From Vicugna vicugna (Eukaryota), in NCBI GenBank assembly GCA_013265495.1, contig MU057403.1, forward strand, positions 62,001 to 126,000: 64,000 bases of DNA, written 5' to 3'. Below are positions 36,700-50,472 of this stretch, in pieces. Below the pieces are notes generated by a model. That model made no database searches, was not told the origin of the DNA, and worked only from the letters and a program-made list of their open reading frames with translations. The position numbers and the translations under genes are program-made. How positions within the stretch are numbered: the stretch's first letter is position 1; every line of letters starts with the position of its first letter.

Positions 36700-38380
36700 T
36701 CAAAAATTACAAACCATGTGAAAAAAATGTCTCCTTTTAAGGGAGAGTCAGTAGTTTAACAGAAGAAAACAATCAGGAAAGATATAAAAATAAGCATCTT
36801 TGCAATGATTTAAGTGACAAAAGAAGAAACAATCAGTAATGAAAGATCAAAATACTATGAACAAAGGACAAAAGGATTTCAAAACACACAAAAATAGAAT
36901 TTCTAGAAAAGAAAAATATAAGTTAAAAACTCTATATATATGAATAACTGAATCACTATGCTGTACACCAGAAACTAATACGAAATTGTAAATCAACTAT
37001 ACTGTAATTAAAAACCCTCAATGGCCAGATTAAATATAGAAAATGTGGTTTCAGAAAGATCAGTAACTTGAATGAATGTAGAAGAGGGATTAGAATATGA
37101 AAAGATGTTAAAAAATCATGATAGAAAATATAGAAAATAAATGAAGGTTGAAAATCAACCTGAGAGAAGTTTCAGAAGCACTGAAGAAAATTAACAATGG
37201 ATAATTTTCAAGAATTGAAAGATACAAATCTTCAAGATGATGCACACTGAGTATGGAACCAATAAATAAATCCAAATCTCAACATATTGTACTAAGAACA
37301 AAGACAATGATCTTTGATCTTAAGATCTTTAAAATCAATCAAAGAAAATATAGAGCACCCACGAGAAGGAGGAGGGGGGGAGGGGAAGAGGAAGAGGAAT
37401 CAGTCTAATGGGATTCCAATGGCAAAAATGAAGGTCAGGAGAAAATGAAATAATACACAAAGTGTGGTCAGAAAACAGCTGTCAGTATAGAATTCTAAAA
37501 CAACCTACCTAAATTATTATGTGTGGTGAAGATGAATTCAAGATATTTTTAGACAAAGACAGTCTTTTCCACTCCCAAATTCCAGTGAAAGAACTTCTAA
37601 AAGATTTACTTTGGCAAGACAGTAAAGTTAAGAAGCATGAGTGGGCTAAATTCTACAGTGAGCAAAGAAATTGATAAATGTTGGTAAATCCAGGTCTAAC
37701 TGTGTGTACAAATAGCAAAGATCAGCAGCTGGGAGTGGGAGGTTACAGAATGGGAGAGTAGTAAGATCTGTGGTTTAGTTAATAAAAGCGTATCCACGCC
37801 AGTTGCCTGTTGCGATAATGTACTTTGGTTAGATAAGACGTTCTCACTGGAGGAAGCAAAATGGATGATTTAGGAGAATTTTCTGTACTTTTTTTTAAAC
37901 CCCTGTGAGTCTCACACTGTTTCAAAACTTAAAACATTTTAAAAGTTTATGTGGAATAAACATTAATAAGTTTTATCTAGTAATAAGTCTTATCTAGTAA
38001 CCTAATAAATTTAATCTAGTCCACATACATAGACCTTGAAGACCCAAATCAAAGATTATTCTGTTCAAGAACACATGGAAGTTTACAAAAACTGACTATG
38101 AACTAGACCATGAAGAAAATCTCAACAAATTACAACCCTCAAAATTTTATATGATCACAGTGTCATGAGGTTAAAATCAATAGTACCTCCCAATTATTTA
38201 GAAACTGAAAAACAAACCAAACCCCCAACACCGAAACTTCCAGCACTACAATCACACACACACATACACACATATACACATTTTTAAATAGCTAATGGGT
38301 CACAAAAGAATCTCAGTGGAAATAAAAAATGTTTAGAATTGAATTATACGAAAACATTACATCACAAAACTTGGTGGCAG
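36700..38380 (+). mobile_element. Ancient, highly decayed L1 ORF1/ORF2-endonuclease region
   Basis: gtcagtatagaattcta (ORF1 RILYP-like region); ttcaagaacacatggaagtttacaaaaactgact..ccatgaagaaaatctcaacaaatt (endonuclease region). Confidence 0.55.
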
Positions 38381-40243
38381 GCTCACGGTTTCAATTCCAC
38401 CTTTTATTTCTGTAAGCCTGTTAAAACAGATTCACTTTAATATCATACCCATTAATTCCACCATCTAAAGCTCCTGGTGGGATATGATTCTGAATTTCAG
38501 ACTCAGCTGTGGGATCCTTGATCAGCCTGGAAAGGGGGACTTCTCTACAAAGAGGATTTACATTTGCCTCTATCAGACATCCAGGAATATTAGTAACTTG
38601 GGACCACTTCATGATAATTTCTTAGATCAATTTCTTACTTTCCCACACAGGCAGCAATGAATTGATAACTGAATCCCAGATCTTTATGACAGCAGGTCAT
38701 AGTAGCCCTGATTCTTAGAAATACCCCTACCACCAAGTGCCCAGGCAAAAAAATTATTCTGTCATCTTCCTTTGCTGGCAAATAGATTATTTTCCTAGTC
38801 TTCCCAGCTCTGGGGAAATCACTGCCTAGAGCATGTGTTTTTAAGTTGGCCGAATTATTATCTCTGCACTTGTTTCCTCTCCTGCCTAATTAGAAATGTA
38901 ATGTTTATCTTTTAAGATCATTGAGAGTATAATAACCACACTCAACAAACAGTTGCCTGGTATTTTCTTATTTCCAGCCTAATGATTAAATTGGATTTTA
39001 TCAGAGACTGTAGATGTGACAATTAGAAAAAATATATATATAAAATTATGATTGTGTAGAAGTAATAAACTTTGAATATTGGTTTATTACTTAAAGAAAA
39101 TTACAATAATGTACAATCTCCTGTATATGCACATGATTAGGCAAAGAAAATATAAATGTACTGGGAACGAAATAAACCACGGAAGCATAATGACTTTGTG
39201 GCAGGAGACCTGGGTTCTAGTCTTGCTTCTGTGTCACTCTAAAAAAATTAATGCCTCTCTGGGCTGAAATTTCCAGGATGCAAAAATTAAAAGGGGGATT
39301 TTGATCATCACTAACATCCTTGATCTCTCTCACATTCTGTGATTCCTGTGTTTTCTCTATTTTTCTTTATGGTTTAACTGTACATCACTAAATTATGTTT
39401 CATGAATTCTGATATTTGTTGTAAGATGATTTGTGATCATAACGTGATACTCTTGGAAGGAAAATTGGTTTCTACTTTATTTTTATCCAAGAGAAGTGAG
39501 AAAGGAAAAAAGAGGAAGACGGGTAACTCAGCAATCAAACAGGAAAATGATAATCATGCACCCTGGCTTTTTGTAGCTTCTTTTAACGTTTTTAGAAACT
39601 GCTTCACCGAGATCATTTACTCTAACCTCAAAGAAATACAGGATCTGCGGGGAGGTGTTCCTAAGTGTCGTGCCGGTGACATGGAAGCCCGATAGGGTTG
39701 CCTGGTTTTTCTTGGTTTAACTGAGTTACTAGCTGCTACTACCAGCTAGAGTCTAAACCTCCTGCCTCCCAGTGCAGGGATCTCCCGAGAAGAATCCCCA
39801 CCAGAAACTGGCTCAGAAATACTATAAATGGAAAAAAATGACTAAGATAGCTTGCTATCTACAACTTAAGGTTATCTACTGGAAATATCCCTGATGGCTC
39901 ATAGGGTCACGGACTTCCAGCACCTTGATGGCTTGCCTTCACCTCCTTACCCTCATCAGGCTCCATCCGGTGCACCGTCTTATTCCCTGGTCTCGTTCCT
40001 ATAATTCCCATGACATTGGGAAAGCAGTTACTGATCACACGTACACCGTAGAGGGAATACGCAGAGAGAGCTTGAGGGACAACAATGACACAAAACTGCC
40101 GCAATAAGCCACCAAACATTGAAACAGCTGAAGCACTTGGCTCCTATGACAGCAACCAGGGACTTTCGCAGACAAAAGTAAAGCTCAGTACGTCACATCC
40201 CCATTTGCTGCTCTGAAACCATCATGTGTGTTCTTTTACTCAC

Positions 40244-40354
40244 TTTCCGGCAGCCTGTTTCTCCTTCCACTATTCCTGAAGTTTGGGCTTGTGATTTCGT
40301 CTTACAGATGTAGCCAAGAGGCCGTTCGCAGGCCCGATCTGCCCAGTACCCATC
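40244..40354 (-). CDS. MRC1: MRC1 exon 9 (end of CTLD2), 111 nt
   Basis: DGYWADRACERPLGYICKTKSQAQTSGIVEGETGCRK; ctgcag/gtgagt. Confidence 0.97.
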
Positions 40355-41007
40355 CTGCAGAAAGCAAAGAGAAAAAAAAACCAAAAAAACAAAAAAAAAA
40401 ACCCTTAATGATTATCAGTTGTTTGCCTTTGGTGGTATTTTCTTGTAAGAGTACCTCCGACATGGAAAACAAAGATTTGAGGTCATGAAGAGAAAGTGGC
40501 ATCTTTGGAAAGGAAAGGTAAATGGATATTTTACAAGGAAACTGCAAATCTGGCTCTGGCTACAGAGATGTGAAAAGAGATTGCAGCCCCAGAGTGTTTT
40601 TATATCTTCACTATCAAGCCACTAAAGAAAGGGCTCTAGAGAGAAAACAAAAATGCTTGTAAGTCCCTAAACGATGGTCCCAACAGAAGGTTTGCAGGCA
40701 GCCTCCTCGCCTACACTGACAGTCACCTGTTTTCAAGTTAACTGAGTATCTATAAAGCCATCCAGGAAGAACTCCTCCGTGCAACACGCCCAACCTGAAA
40801 ACACACAAGAAACCGGTCTTCTTTCCTCCCTTCCTCCTATTTCTATTGATGAGTATCCTCCTGGATCTAAGGTGCCATCTCTCACTCGACTTCAGATTCT
40901 ACCTTTCCTCCTTCCCTGGAGATTTCGCCTTAAAATGACTTCTCCTCTCCTTCCCTTACCTGCTTAACCCCTTGAAAACTGTCTTCAATCTTGTCTGCCT
41001 CTTATTT

Positions 41008-41278
41008 ACAGAACAGAGACAGACTCACAGACATAGAAAACAAACGTACAGATACTAGAGGGGAAAGGCGGTGGGAGGGATAAATTGGGAGGTCCAGATT
41101 TGCAGATACTAACTAATATATATGAAATTGATAAGCAACAAGGACCTACTGAATAGCGCAGGAAACTATATTCAATATCTGGTAATAGCCTATAATGGAA
41201 AAGAATATATATGTATAAGTGAATCACTATGTTATACACCAGAAACTAACACAACATTGTAAATCAGCTCCACTTCAA

Positions 41279-41313
<35 letters not shown>

Positions 41314-41315
41314 TA
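41008..41315 (+). mobile_element. L1 3' end with (TA)n-derived tail and TSD
   Basis: acagaacagagacagactcacagacatagaaaacaaac ... cttcaattaaaa; gtctgcctct(t/a)att on both sides. Confidence 0.9.
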
Positions 41316-42360
41316 GTCTGCCTCTAATTCCTCATCTCTCATTTGGTGTCAACCCACTACAACCTGGTACTCAACTCTGCAGCCAGAGTACTACTTATAA
41401 ATTGCAGATTTAGTTTTGCTACGCCCAGGCTAATGCATGTTTTCTCATTGCCAGTATTCCTCCTACTCACCCGTGTACCTCTGACTTCACACTTCCAGCC
41501 ATACCGTCCTTTAAGATTTTACATGTACGATGCTCTCTGGTTTGCTTTTCCCATGACACACTTCTGCCTGTTCTTTTAATAACTAATACACACTCTTTTC
41601 TTAAGCTTTCAATTTATCACAACAAAAGCAACCACTACGACAGCAACAGTACCTTATACTCATTGAACAATACGTTTGGGTCAGGGTCAGGCACTGCACA
41701 CGTTATATGCATTAACCCATTTAATCCTGATACCCACCATGTGAGCTGGGTACAATCATTATGCCCATTTCACAAAAAAGGAAATAAGCCATGCATCAAA
41801 ACCCAGCCTGCTAACCACCATGTTCATCATCTGTAGAACAAAAGACAATCTGACGGTATACTTCAGTTGCTAACGTGCTATTTAAGACATGGAAGCCGTC
41901 TTTTCATATTTGACACCTCCATGTAACCTAAACAAACAAACGTTAATTCTCCAAGCACAGATTCTAAGCTGTAGGACCCAGAGTAGATCTGACCAGGTCT
42001 ACATTCACTCAGAGAAACCAGCTGAAAGTAGAACCAAAGTTCTGAACTGATTAATCAAGCCATATAAACATATGGCACCACTGAGAACCAAGCATAAGAA
42101 CAATATGAGTATTTGTTAAGGGTTAATTTCATCTTTGAACTGAAAGTTTCTGTCTGTTGCTTTTCTGGTCCTCTTGAAAATCTGACTTTGCTAGACAATT
42201 GAGAGAGACTCAAGAAACTGAATCTGAAGTTTAGTTCAACCTTCATCTGTATCACTTCACCTAGAATAGAAATGATGGAAACAGTGCTTTGTAATAAATA
42301 GGACAGAAGGAAACTTTCCCCGTGGCTTTTGCTAACCATCAGTAATTAAAGCTGCCTTAC

Positions 42361-42518
42361 TTTGCCTTTCATCACCGCACAGTCTTCCTGCCGATTGTTT
42401 TCATGGCTTGGTTCTCCACGAAGCCATTTGGTAAATGTTACAGGGGTGCCATCACTCCATTCAAAGTACATCTGAATCTTGATGTCATTTAAGCCAATCC
42501 ACAACTCATCATTTGGCT
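42361..42518 (-). CDS. MRC1: MRC1 exon 8 (CTLD2), 158 nt
   Basis: (E)PNDELWIGLNDIKIQMYFEWSDGTPVTFTKWLRGEPSHENNRQEDCAVMKGK; gtttag/gtaagg. Confidence 0.97.
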
Positions 42519-43880
42519 CTAAACAGGAAGAAAAACACAGATGCAATTTACACGAAGTTTTCTTTCCAAAGATCAGAAGGTTATCAAGAAAGGAAGACCC
42601 TTTCTTTATCAACAACTCCCTGGACATACAATTATCATCAAAGACCATCCCCTTGAGTGTCAATCTGATCTACATGCTGTAGACTGAGGCTTGTTGTCAA
42701 TTTCAGTGTACAACGTGTAATGTAGTCTTCACATTTTCAATGTGACCGTACTCTTTTGTTGGGCTACTGCAAACTCTATCTCCTGGGGGTTGTTAAAGTG
42801 AAACTGAAGTAGGTCTATCACTACCCTCTATCTTGTGAAGCTGCTTTTTTGTTAAAAATAACCCACCATACCAGCCACATTCATGGTGCTGAAAAACGGT
42901 AGCTTATTTATGCATAAACCTGTTTGACAACTGTTAAATCTTACGAAGATTTTGAAATAGTAAAAATTAAAAGATGCTTCTATTTTACTGACGATGTTAT
43001 CGAGAACATTCTAGGTGTTTTTGTTAAAGCTGAATCACTGTAATAGGAGTGAAAATAATCTATATAGTGAGAAGATATATAAACTGAACGGTTGAGCTGT
43101 CTCCTGGCACTTACCACTTATTTACTAGTCTATAAACATAAATGAATCTGCCCCCATTTTCACCACAAAATACCAGAAAAACCCAAATAACAAACAAAAA
43201 TTGAAATAAAAACAACCAGATATGGATGTAAAAGGTGATCATTTTGTTTCAAAATTCTAGGAAGAGCATTATTGACTTTATTAGTAGTTATCATTCTAAA
43301 AATTCTAAGGAAGTAAACAATGGGACAAAATTGCAGGCTTGAGATTTCAAGGCTGAAAACCTACACATTTCCATATTTCTTTAAAAAATTGAAAGACTAC
43401 ACAATTCGATACCTATTTAAGTTCTATCTAAGTTGCCCTACTGGGAATTCCATCATAAATACTTGATTGATGTTCTTTAAATAAAATTACTTGCCAAAAG
43501 ATTGCAAAGATGATGTTGTAGTAGAAAATGAGGAAAAGGCCGCATTGCACAGGAATTTCCCTAAATGGCTTCGCCTGTTCTTCCTAAAAGCTGTCACTCA
43601 ACTTTGCTTTTGGAGAAGTCCCTGCCTGGCCCGGTGCCAGACCCACCAGATGTTTCCAGCACCATGAAGCGTGAATGGCATTGCTGGGACAATCCTTTTT
43701 CCTTTCACTTATTTTGCTAGATCATGGTCTTTTGAGCAGCAAATACAGGCTTCAAAATGACCTCATGTACCCCTCAATGGTTTGAGGTTCAAGATTAATG
43801 AAAACCCAAGTTCTCAAGTCCCATGATTATAATAAAACATGAAGAGTTTCTGGGTTGTGTATGAATGTGTATATATACAT

Positions 43881-44452
43881 GATTCAAAAAGACACATACA
43901 CCCCAATGTTCATAGAAGCATTATATATAGTAACCAAGATATAGAAGCCACCTAAATGTCCATTGACAGATGACTGGATAAAGAAGCTGTGGTTTATGTA
44001 TATACAGTGGAATACTACTCAGCCATAAAAAGAATAAAATAATGCCATTTGCAGCAACATGGATGGACCTGGAGATTATCATTCTAAGTGAAGTAAGCCA
44101 GAAAGAAAAAGAAAAATACCACATAATATCACTTATATGTGGAATCTAAAAAAAAGAACACAAATGAACTACTTATTTTTTATAACAAATGATTGATTTC
44201 TTAAATATGTGTGAGCACATCTGACTGTCCTTTATGATTGGATTACTGCGTTCTGCTGATTCTTATTTTATGATTGGCTTTATTCCTTTGATAACTATGT
44301 AAGTTTAAAAAGCTAAAGCTCTAAACTGTTCTTAGAAACAATGAACAGTACACGTACATAAATTTTAAAACAGTTTTATGTCTCAATGGGTTGCTTTTCC
44401 TAGAATAATTTTTGTTTACCCAAAAAATAAAAATTAAAATAAAAACAAAAAA
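43881..44452 (+). mobile_element. L1 3' fragment with non-canonical tail (copy B)
   Basis: About 290 bp of standard L1 3' sequence, then the tail shared with 16112-16295. Confidence 0.85.
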
Positions 44453-46261
44453 ATTTTTTTTTCCTTACTTAACTTCTCCCCCTCCAGGTTTTGTACTTTA
44501 TTCACACAACCTTGATTCTACAAAAATATATAAGATGGAAGCGTAAAGTTGTTAGACTGAATTTTATAAAACTGTTAGGGAAGCTATCTTAGTTGATGGA
44601 GTCAGAAAGCATATGTGTAGGTCTCAATTTGTCTGTATTTCTGTGATTAACACGGAAGATATCATCTCAACTAGCTAACAAAAGGCTTTCTCAGCTTTTA
44701 ACTTAGCAACAATAATTTTAATTTTGTAACATTTCTTTATCAATATTATTTGAATTGCTTTAAGTAAATAAATCCTCATTGATAATAAAAACAGGAAGCT
44801 TTCCCTAGTGAAAATTTACTAATTCTCCAGCTGAGTTTAAAAGCAAACTTTGTCATCCAAATTCCCACAATAACTACAGCAATAAATCTATAAGGTTCTC
44901 CTATGACTAGACCATATTCTATAAAGTAGAGCAAAATTTGCATGTTAACCCTACAGGCTCCTAACTCATGTTTTCCACTGATTCATTTGCGAACTTCATT
45001 ACTACTGTATCTCATTGTATATGTCATGGTATTATTCAGATATATCAGGGCCTTTTTATTTTAGATATATCAGTTTTGATAACATTATTATTGTGTAGTC
45101 CAAATGCTCCAGGATAGGTAAATATAGAATAATCAAGAAATCATTTATGGAAGAATATGAAAATGAATATACATATGTATATGTGTGACTGGGACATTGT
45201 GCTGTACACCAGAAATTGATACATTGTAACCTCAAAAAACATCATTTATGTGCTATATCTGAATGTCATCTCCCTACTAAACTGAGGTAAGCAGAGCAGA
45301 AATGATTCCATTTGGCACAGATTCTAAAAGTAGCAGTGTTGGGGAACTTTTACATCTCTTTCAGAGACTATTCTGTTTTTCTTGTCTATTTGTTCATTGT
45401 GTTTTCTTCTCCCCTACCCCTACTCTATCAGTTTTCAGGCACTAAGTGTCAGGAATCAGTCCCCACCATCATCACCATCCATTTCCTCTTGTTTTGCTCT
45501 CTGGAAATGAACAGCTGCAACCAATCAGCATTCTCATCAGTAGAAGCAGAAAAAGATCATCATTGAATCAGCAAGGGTGACTGAGTGCCAAGTACCACCG
45601 CATCCTTCCTCCCCTCCTCCTCTTTCAGATCAGCATCCCCGACTCACTTTACCCACTTGTTACATGTTTCTGATAGGCCTTGACAATATTTTAGTGACTA
45701 TGATTTCTATACACTTCTTAAATTATACTCCTAAAATTAAGACACCAATTTCTTAAAAAGGTTTAAGCCAGCATCTAATGATGCCAATCAAATATTTTAT
45801 TTCTTTCAGTGCTCATCATTTGAGCAGCATTAGCGAGGTTAATAAAGTAAATAAAATCCTAAGTATGAGATGGCTCATTTAGAGACCTGTCCTGTGAGAC
45901 CAAATACAAGCCTTATAAAAGAAAATACATTCACGCACACACATAATTTCAAAAAGTGAAATATTGTTGACAAATTTAAGGTAGGCTGCTGTGAATCCAG
46001 ATTATACAGAAAAATAGTAGAAAAATAATTTTGAAACTATGCATAAATTGATTCCATGTTAAAAGAAAAATCAGATATTCTTTCAGTGATAAAAACTCTT
46101 TAAACTACTCTACAGTTTTTATATTGGAGGCATGATTAATATTTGTTACTAAACTGCTCATTGAACTGGTAATTTGAATTTTATTAGATTTCACACTTGC
46201 AATTAAATTTTCCAGAATCAGGAAGACAAGAGACAAGCATATGTCTGATGGAAATTCTTAC

Positions 46262-46447
46262 CGTAGCCCAGCTGGGAGATGATAAAGTCAAATTCCTCAA
46301 TGCTGTGGATACTAGCAAGATCTCCACCTTCCTTCCTACAGGCAGTCAAGGCATCTCTTTGAATTTTCTTTTCTTCTCTGTAAATCCTGTAGCAGTTGCC
46401 TGTGTATGGCCACCACTGGCTCGGACAGTTAGTAGGAATATCACTTT
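46262..46447 (-). CDS. MRC1: MRC1 exon 7 (CTLD2), 186 nt
   Basis: (E)SDIPTNCPSQWWPYTGNCYRIYREEKKIQRDALTACRKEGGDLASIHSIEEFDFIISQLGY; ccctag/gtaaga. Confidence 0.97.
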
Positions 46448-47616
46448 CTAGGGAAAAAAAAAAAAAGAATTTGAAAAACATTTAAAAGGAAAGAGTTGTT
46501 TTTTTCAATTGTAACAATATTTTCTACCATTCTATATGTGAAACAGTTCATAGTTATAAGCAAATACAGTGAATATTTTCCATTGTTTTCACCTAGACAG
46601 TCACAAAAGATAGACCAGATCGTGTTCGCTTTGGGACTAAAATGTATATGAAGGCACCTTTCATTTTAAAATAAAGCTAAATGAGAAATCTCTTTTTTTG
46701 ATTGTACCTACAACAAGGCCACACTAAGATACAATAGACTGTTTCATTTTATCCGCATTTGATCATCGGCAAACCTGAACTAAGCATGTTATGTAAATGC
46801 AGAGACGCAAACGGTTTCGCATATAATGCATTCCTGAAAATATTTCATTTTACTTCCATTCTATGGAAATTAGAGGCAGGGCAAGACTCATCAGACAGCA
46901 GGAGAAAGATTCTGTTGAGACAGGGAACGGAATGAGTGGAGGGCAGGGGGCCACCAAGGAGCTTCTGAAACCACAGCGGTGTGAGCCGGCTACCTGGGCC
47001 CCTGAACCGACCCACTGCCATTGACTTGCTCCCAAAAGATGATGTTATATTGCCAAAGTCACAAGGATTTAGATTTAGAAGTCTTGAATGCAAAACCTGA
47101 ATTTGCCACAAGTTGTATGATCTTGGGCAAGTCACATCACATGAACCAAATTATCCATATATGTAAAAAAACGTAAATAATATTAATGCAAATATGACTA
47201 TTAAACTACCCATCCTCACTGTGTTGTTAAAACATTTGCGATCACATGCTGTAAATCACAAACAGGACAATTACTATTTAATCAAACCCATGATAGTGAC
47301 TGACATCATAATTACTGCTACTAATAACTATGGTCAAATTTCATGACCTTGGCTATACATTAGAAACATCTACTGTAATAGTAATGAGCTGGGGAAAGTG
47401 GTGGGAATGACATTTGAAGGCAAAAGACTCACTTTATTCAGCCCCGTATGCCCTAAAACAGTAGAGCACCTGGCACATGATAAGTGTAATGAATGTTGGT
47501 CAGGGAAAAAATGTGAAGTTATATTTGATATACAGTAGCTTATTATGACCATTTTATGGGTACTGTTTCAAACAGCAATTCTACAATGTACCTTGCTTAA
47601 AGAGAAGCTATATTGT

Positions 47617-48132
47617 TGACAAACACTATTTCAGCCAGGTGACCAAGGTCAACACTAAGGTCATAAATCACGCTGACGATATGTACCCTTGATATGATGT
47701 GATGAGAATGATATTTCACCCGTGCAATCTTTCTCCCTGAAATTCTACCCATGAGAAAAATATCAGACAAAAAAAGGGGTATCTTACAATATACCCAATC
47801 ACTACACCTCAAAACTGTCAAGATTGTCAAAAACAAACAAGTCTGAGAAACTGTCACAGCCAAGAAGAGCCTAAATTTAGAGACAAGCCAGCTAAAGTCA
47901 TGTGGTATCCTGGATGGGATCCTGAAACAAAAGCACACTAGGAAATCTGAATAAACTATGGACTTTAGTTAATAATGTATCAATGTTTGTCCATTAATTG
48001 TAACAAATGTATCATAGTAATGTGACATATTAACAACAGGGGAAACTAGGTGTGCAGGTGTATAGTACTATCTTCTCAATTTTACTGTAAATCTAAAGCT
48101 GTTCTAAATATAAAGTTTATGTTTAAAAAAGA
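47617..48132 (+). mobile_element. L1MC-type 3' end with TSD
   Basis: cagccaggtgaccaaggtcaaca ... ctgtaaatctaaagctgttctaaa; agagaagcta(t/c)attg on both sides. Confidence 0.8.
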
Positions 48133-48638
48133 GAGAGAAGCTACATTGCCAAATGAATGTCAATTTCTATATTTAAGTTTGATATGAAACATTCTCAAAT
48201 GTGCTGCCTTAGCAAAGGATTAATATTGGGTACCTTTGGTACCCATTTAATGTATCAGTCCCATATTCTGTTAAGGCTGGGACTATCTACACCTTTGGAT
48301 AAGCCCAGGATTCTGCACACAGTCATTCAAGGAAATAGGCAGTCATGATATCCAAACCCTGTATTATTATAATAGAAAAATGCATATTGTTAGAAAGTCT
48401 ATGCCTTTTGTACAAGTTCCAGTGGTTCCAAAAACAAAAGTAAATGTTAGTATAGCTCTGGAGCCCTCTGGTGGGATATTTCAATTTTGCAGCCCAGGAA
48501 GCTGAAAATAATGCCAGCAAAGGTTGAGGGCTTCAAAAAACAAAACAGATGAGCTTTAAAAAGATTTCAAAACATGAAAACAACAAATGAAGGGGAGTTT
48601 CCTAGGGGAGCCACAAAAGATGGCTGGTCCCTCCAGAG

Positions 48639-48969
48639 CAACACTCTCCTATTGAAAAATATTGTAATCTACAAATGTAAGCCACACGCATAATCGTAAA
48701 TTTGCTAGTTGCCATGTTAAATGTAAGTAAAAAGAAATGAGTAACTTTAATTTTAATAATATAGCTTATTTAACCCAATAGATTGAAGATATCATCATTT
48801 CAACATGTAATCAATAAAAAAAAAATGAAATAGTTTACTTTTTTTCATGCTGTGTCTTGGAAATCCAGCGTCTTTGACCCTGATAGCACATTTATGTTGG
48901 AACAAGCCACATGTCATGTGCTCAATGTATCAACATGGGGTTAATGGCCACTGAACTCAACAGTGTGGC
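48639..48969 (+). mobile_element. hAT-Charlie MITE (MER33-like)
   Basis: aattttaataatata..atttaacccaata ... agccacatgtcatgtgctcaat; 8-bp TSD-like ctccagag / ctctagag. Confidence 0.75.
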
Positions 48970-50233
48970 TCTAGAGATCCAGGGTTTATGGATGAACAGG
49001 GTGGCACTGAAGAAACAAACAGGGTACAACATGGAACCCTGGCCCAAGAGAGTCACCAATCGTGTGTGCTTCATAATCTTAACTCTGATATACTTTTCTA
49101 AGCTCTTGTTTATTTGAGTTTGTAGGTAAGATAGAATGATTAATCCAGGAAGCATGGAGAAATTCAAAACCCAACAGGAAGTGAAGGTTAGCAAATGAAA
49201 CAAGGTGAGGCATGTAACCAAAGAGGACCCCCTGGGGCCTTCCCGGGACAGTTATATTGAATGCTGCCACTTATAGAAAACAGATAAAAATAATCATAAA
49301 CATGTGTATTTACATATTCATAGAATAACTAGGTAAGGATATACATCCAGACATAGTAATTCAGAGAGGGGAACAGCATATTTGAAGTAAGAGAGGTTGG
49401 AGGAAATTATTATTGTGTTCCATGCCATACCTTTTCACTTTCTAGCCACATCAATCATATTTTTAAATAAATGAAATTGTTTTTAAAAGTCAAGGAGAAA
49501 AAAGTCAAGAACGCCGCATCGTCAGATTTCCCAAGCAGAATACGTATGTACACACATACATCCCTCTGACGTACTAAGTGTTCTCCAAAAATAGCTAATG
49601 GGGAAAAAAATGTAGCTAATTTGTTTTTTGTTAATTTGAAGAAAGAATGCATTCGTGCCCAAGTAGTTGAAATCATCTATAAAATTATAATAGAGAGCCT
49701 AATTGCATTTTCCCCACTGGTCTAGCCTGTATACAAAATTCAGTTACTACTTCCGGGATGTTTTATTCCATTTCTGTGAAGACTTCAGTGTACGATGTTA
49801 AACTGAATAGCTCTGGAGCCCAGACAGGTCATTAAATAGTGAGGACATAGTAAACACATCCCTTTCAGATATTTATTTCCCAGCCTGGATTCCAGGGCTG
49901 TCACAGGTGCAATTTTTTTTATATCCTCTGACTAGCTCTTCTCTCATCTAGAACATGTGAGTAACAATACCTACCTCAGACGGCTGCCGTGAAGATAAAA
50001 TTTTTACTAATGTTCTGTGAAAGGCTTTGCTCATGCCTGAGAGCTAGAGAATATTCAGGAAATGTTAGCAACCAGGAGGAGTAGCCAACGAAAAGGAACT
50101 TTGTAGGAATATCATTAAACAGACCCCCTACATTAGCAGCAAAACCCGTCACTGCATACAGTTAGGACTAGGTTGTAATTTTATCTTTAACTTATCTTTC
50201 ATGCACTTCAGATCAAATAGATCACTTACTTAC

Positions 50234-50380
50234 CTGAGGGGATAACAAAAGAATTCAAAGTTGTGTTGCCCTTTTTACAAATATAGCCTAGTTTCTGAAC
50301 ACACTGCAGATTTTCCCATTTAGCACTTTTCCCAGGGTTTAGTGACACACAGCTTTTCCCCGGTTCTGCTGAAGGACTTC
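50234..50380 (-). CDS. MRC1: MRC1 exon 6 (end of CTLD1), 147 nt
   Basis: (G)SPSAEPGKSCVSLNPGKSAKWENLQCVQKLGYICKKGNTTLNSFVIPS; ccaaag/gtaagt. Confidence 0.97.
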
Positions 50381-50472
50381 CTTTGGGGAAAAGAAAAAAT
50401 AAAAGCGGGATTGTTACAGGGATTACAAGCAGACAGCCTCCCACAGCCCCATGTGTTCATCCTTGGCATTTA

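Noticed and set aside
37961..38020. 17-bp tandem units taataagt(t/c)ttatctag
   Set aside because: Short degenerate slippage repeat within old L1 sequence
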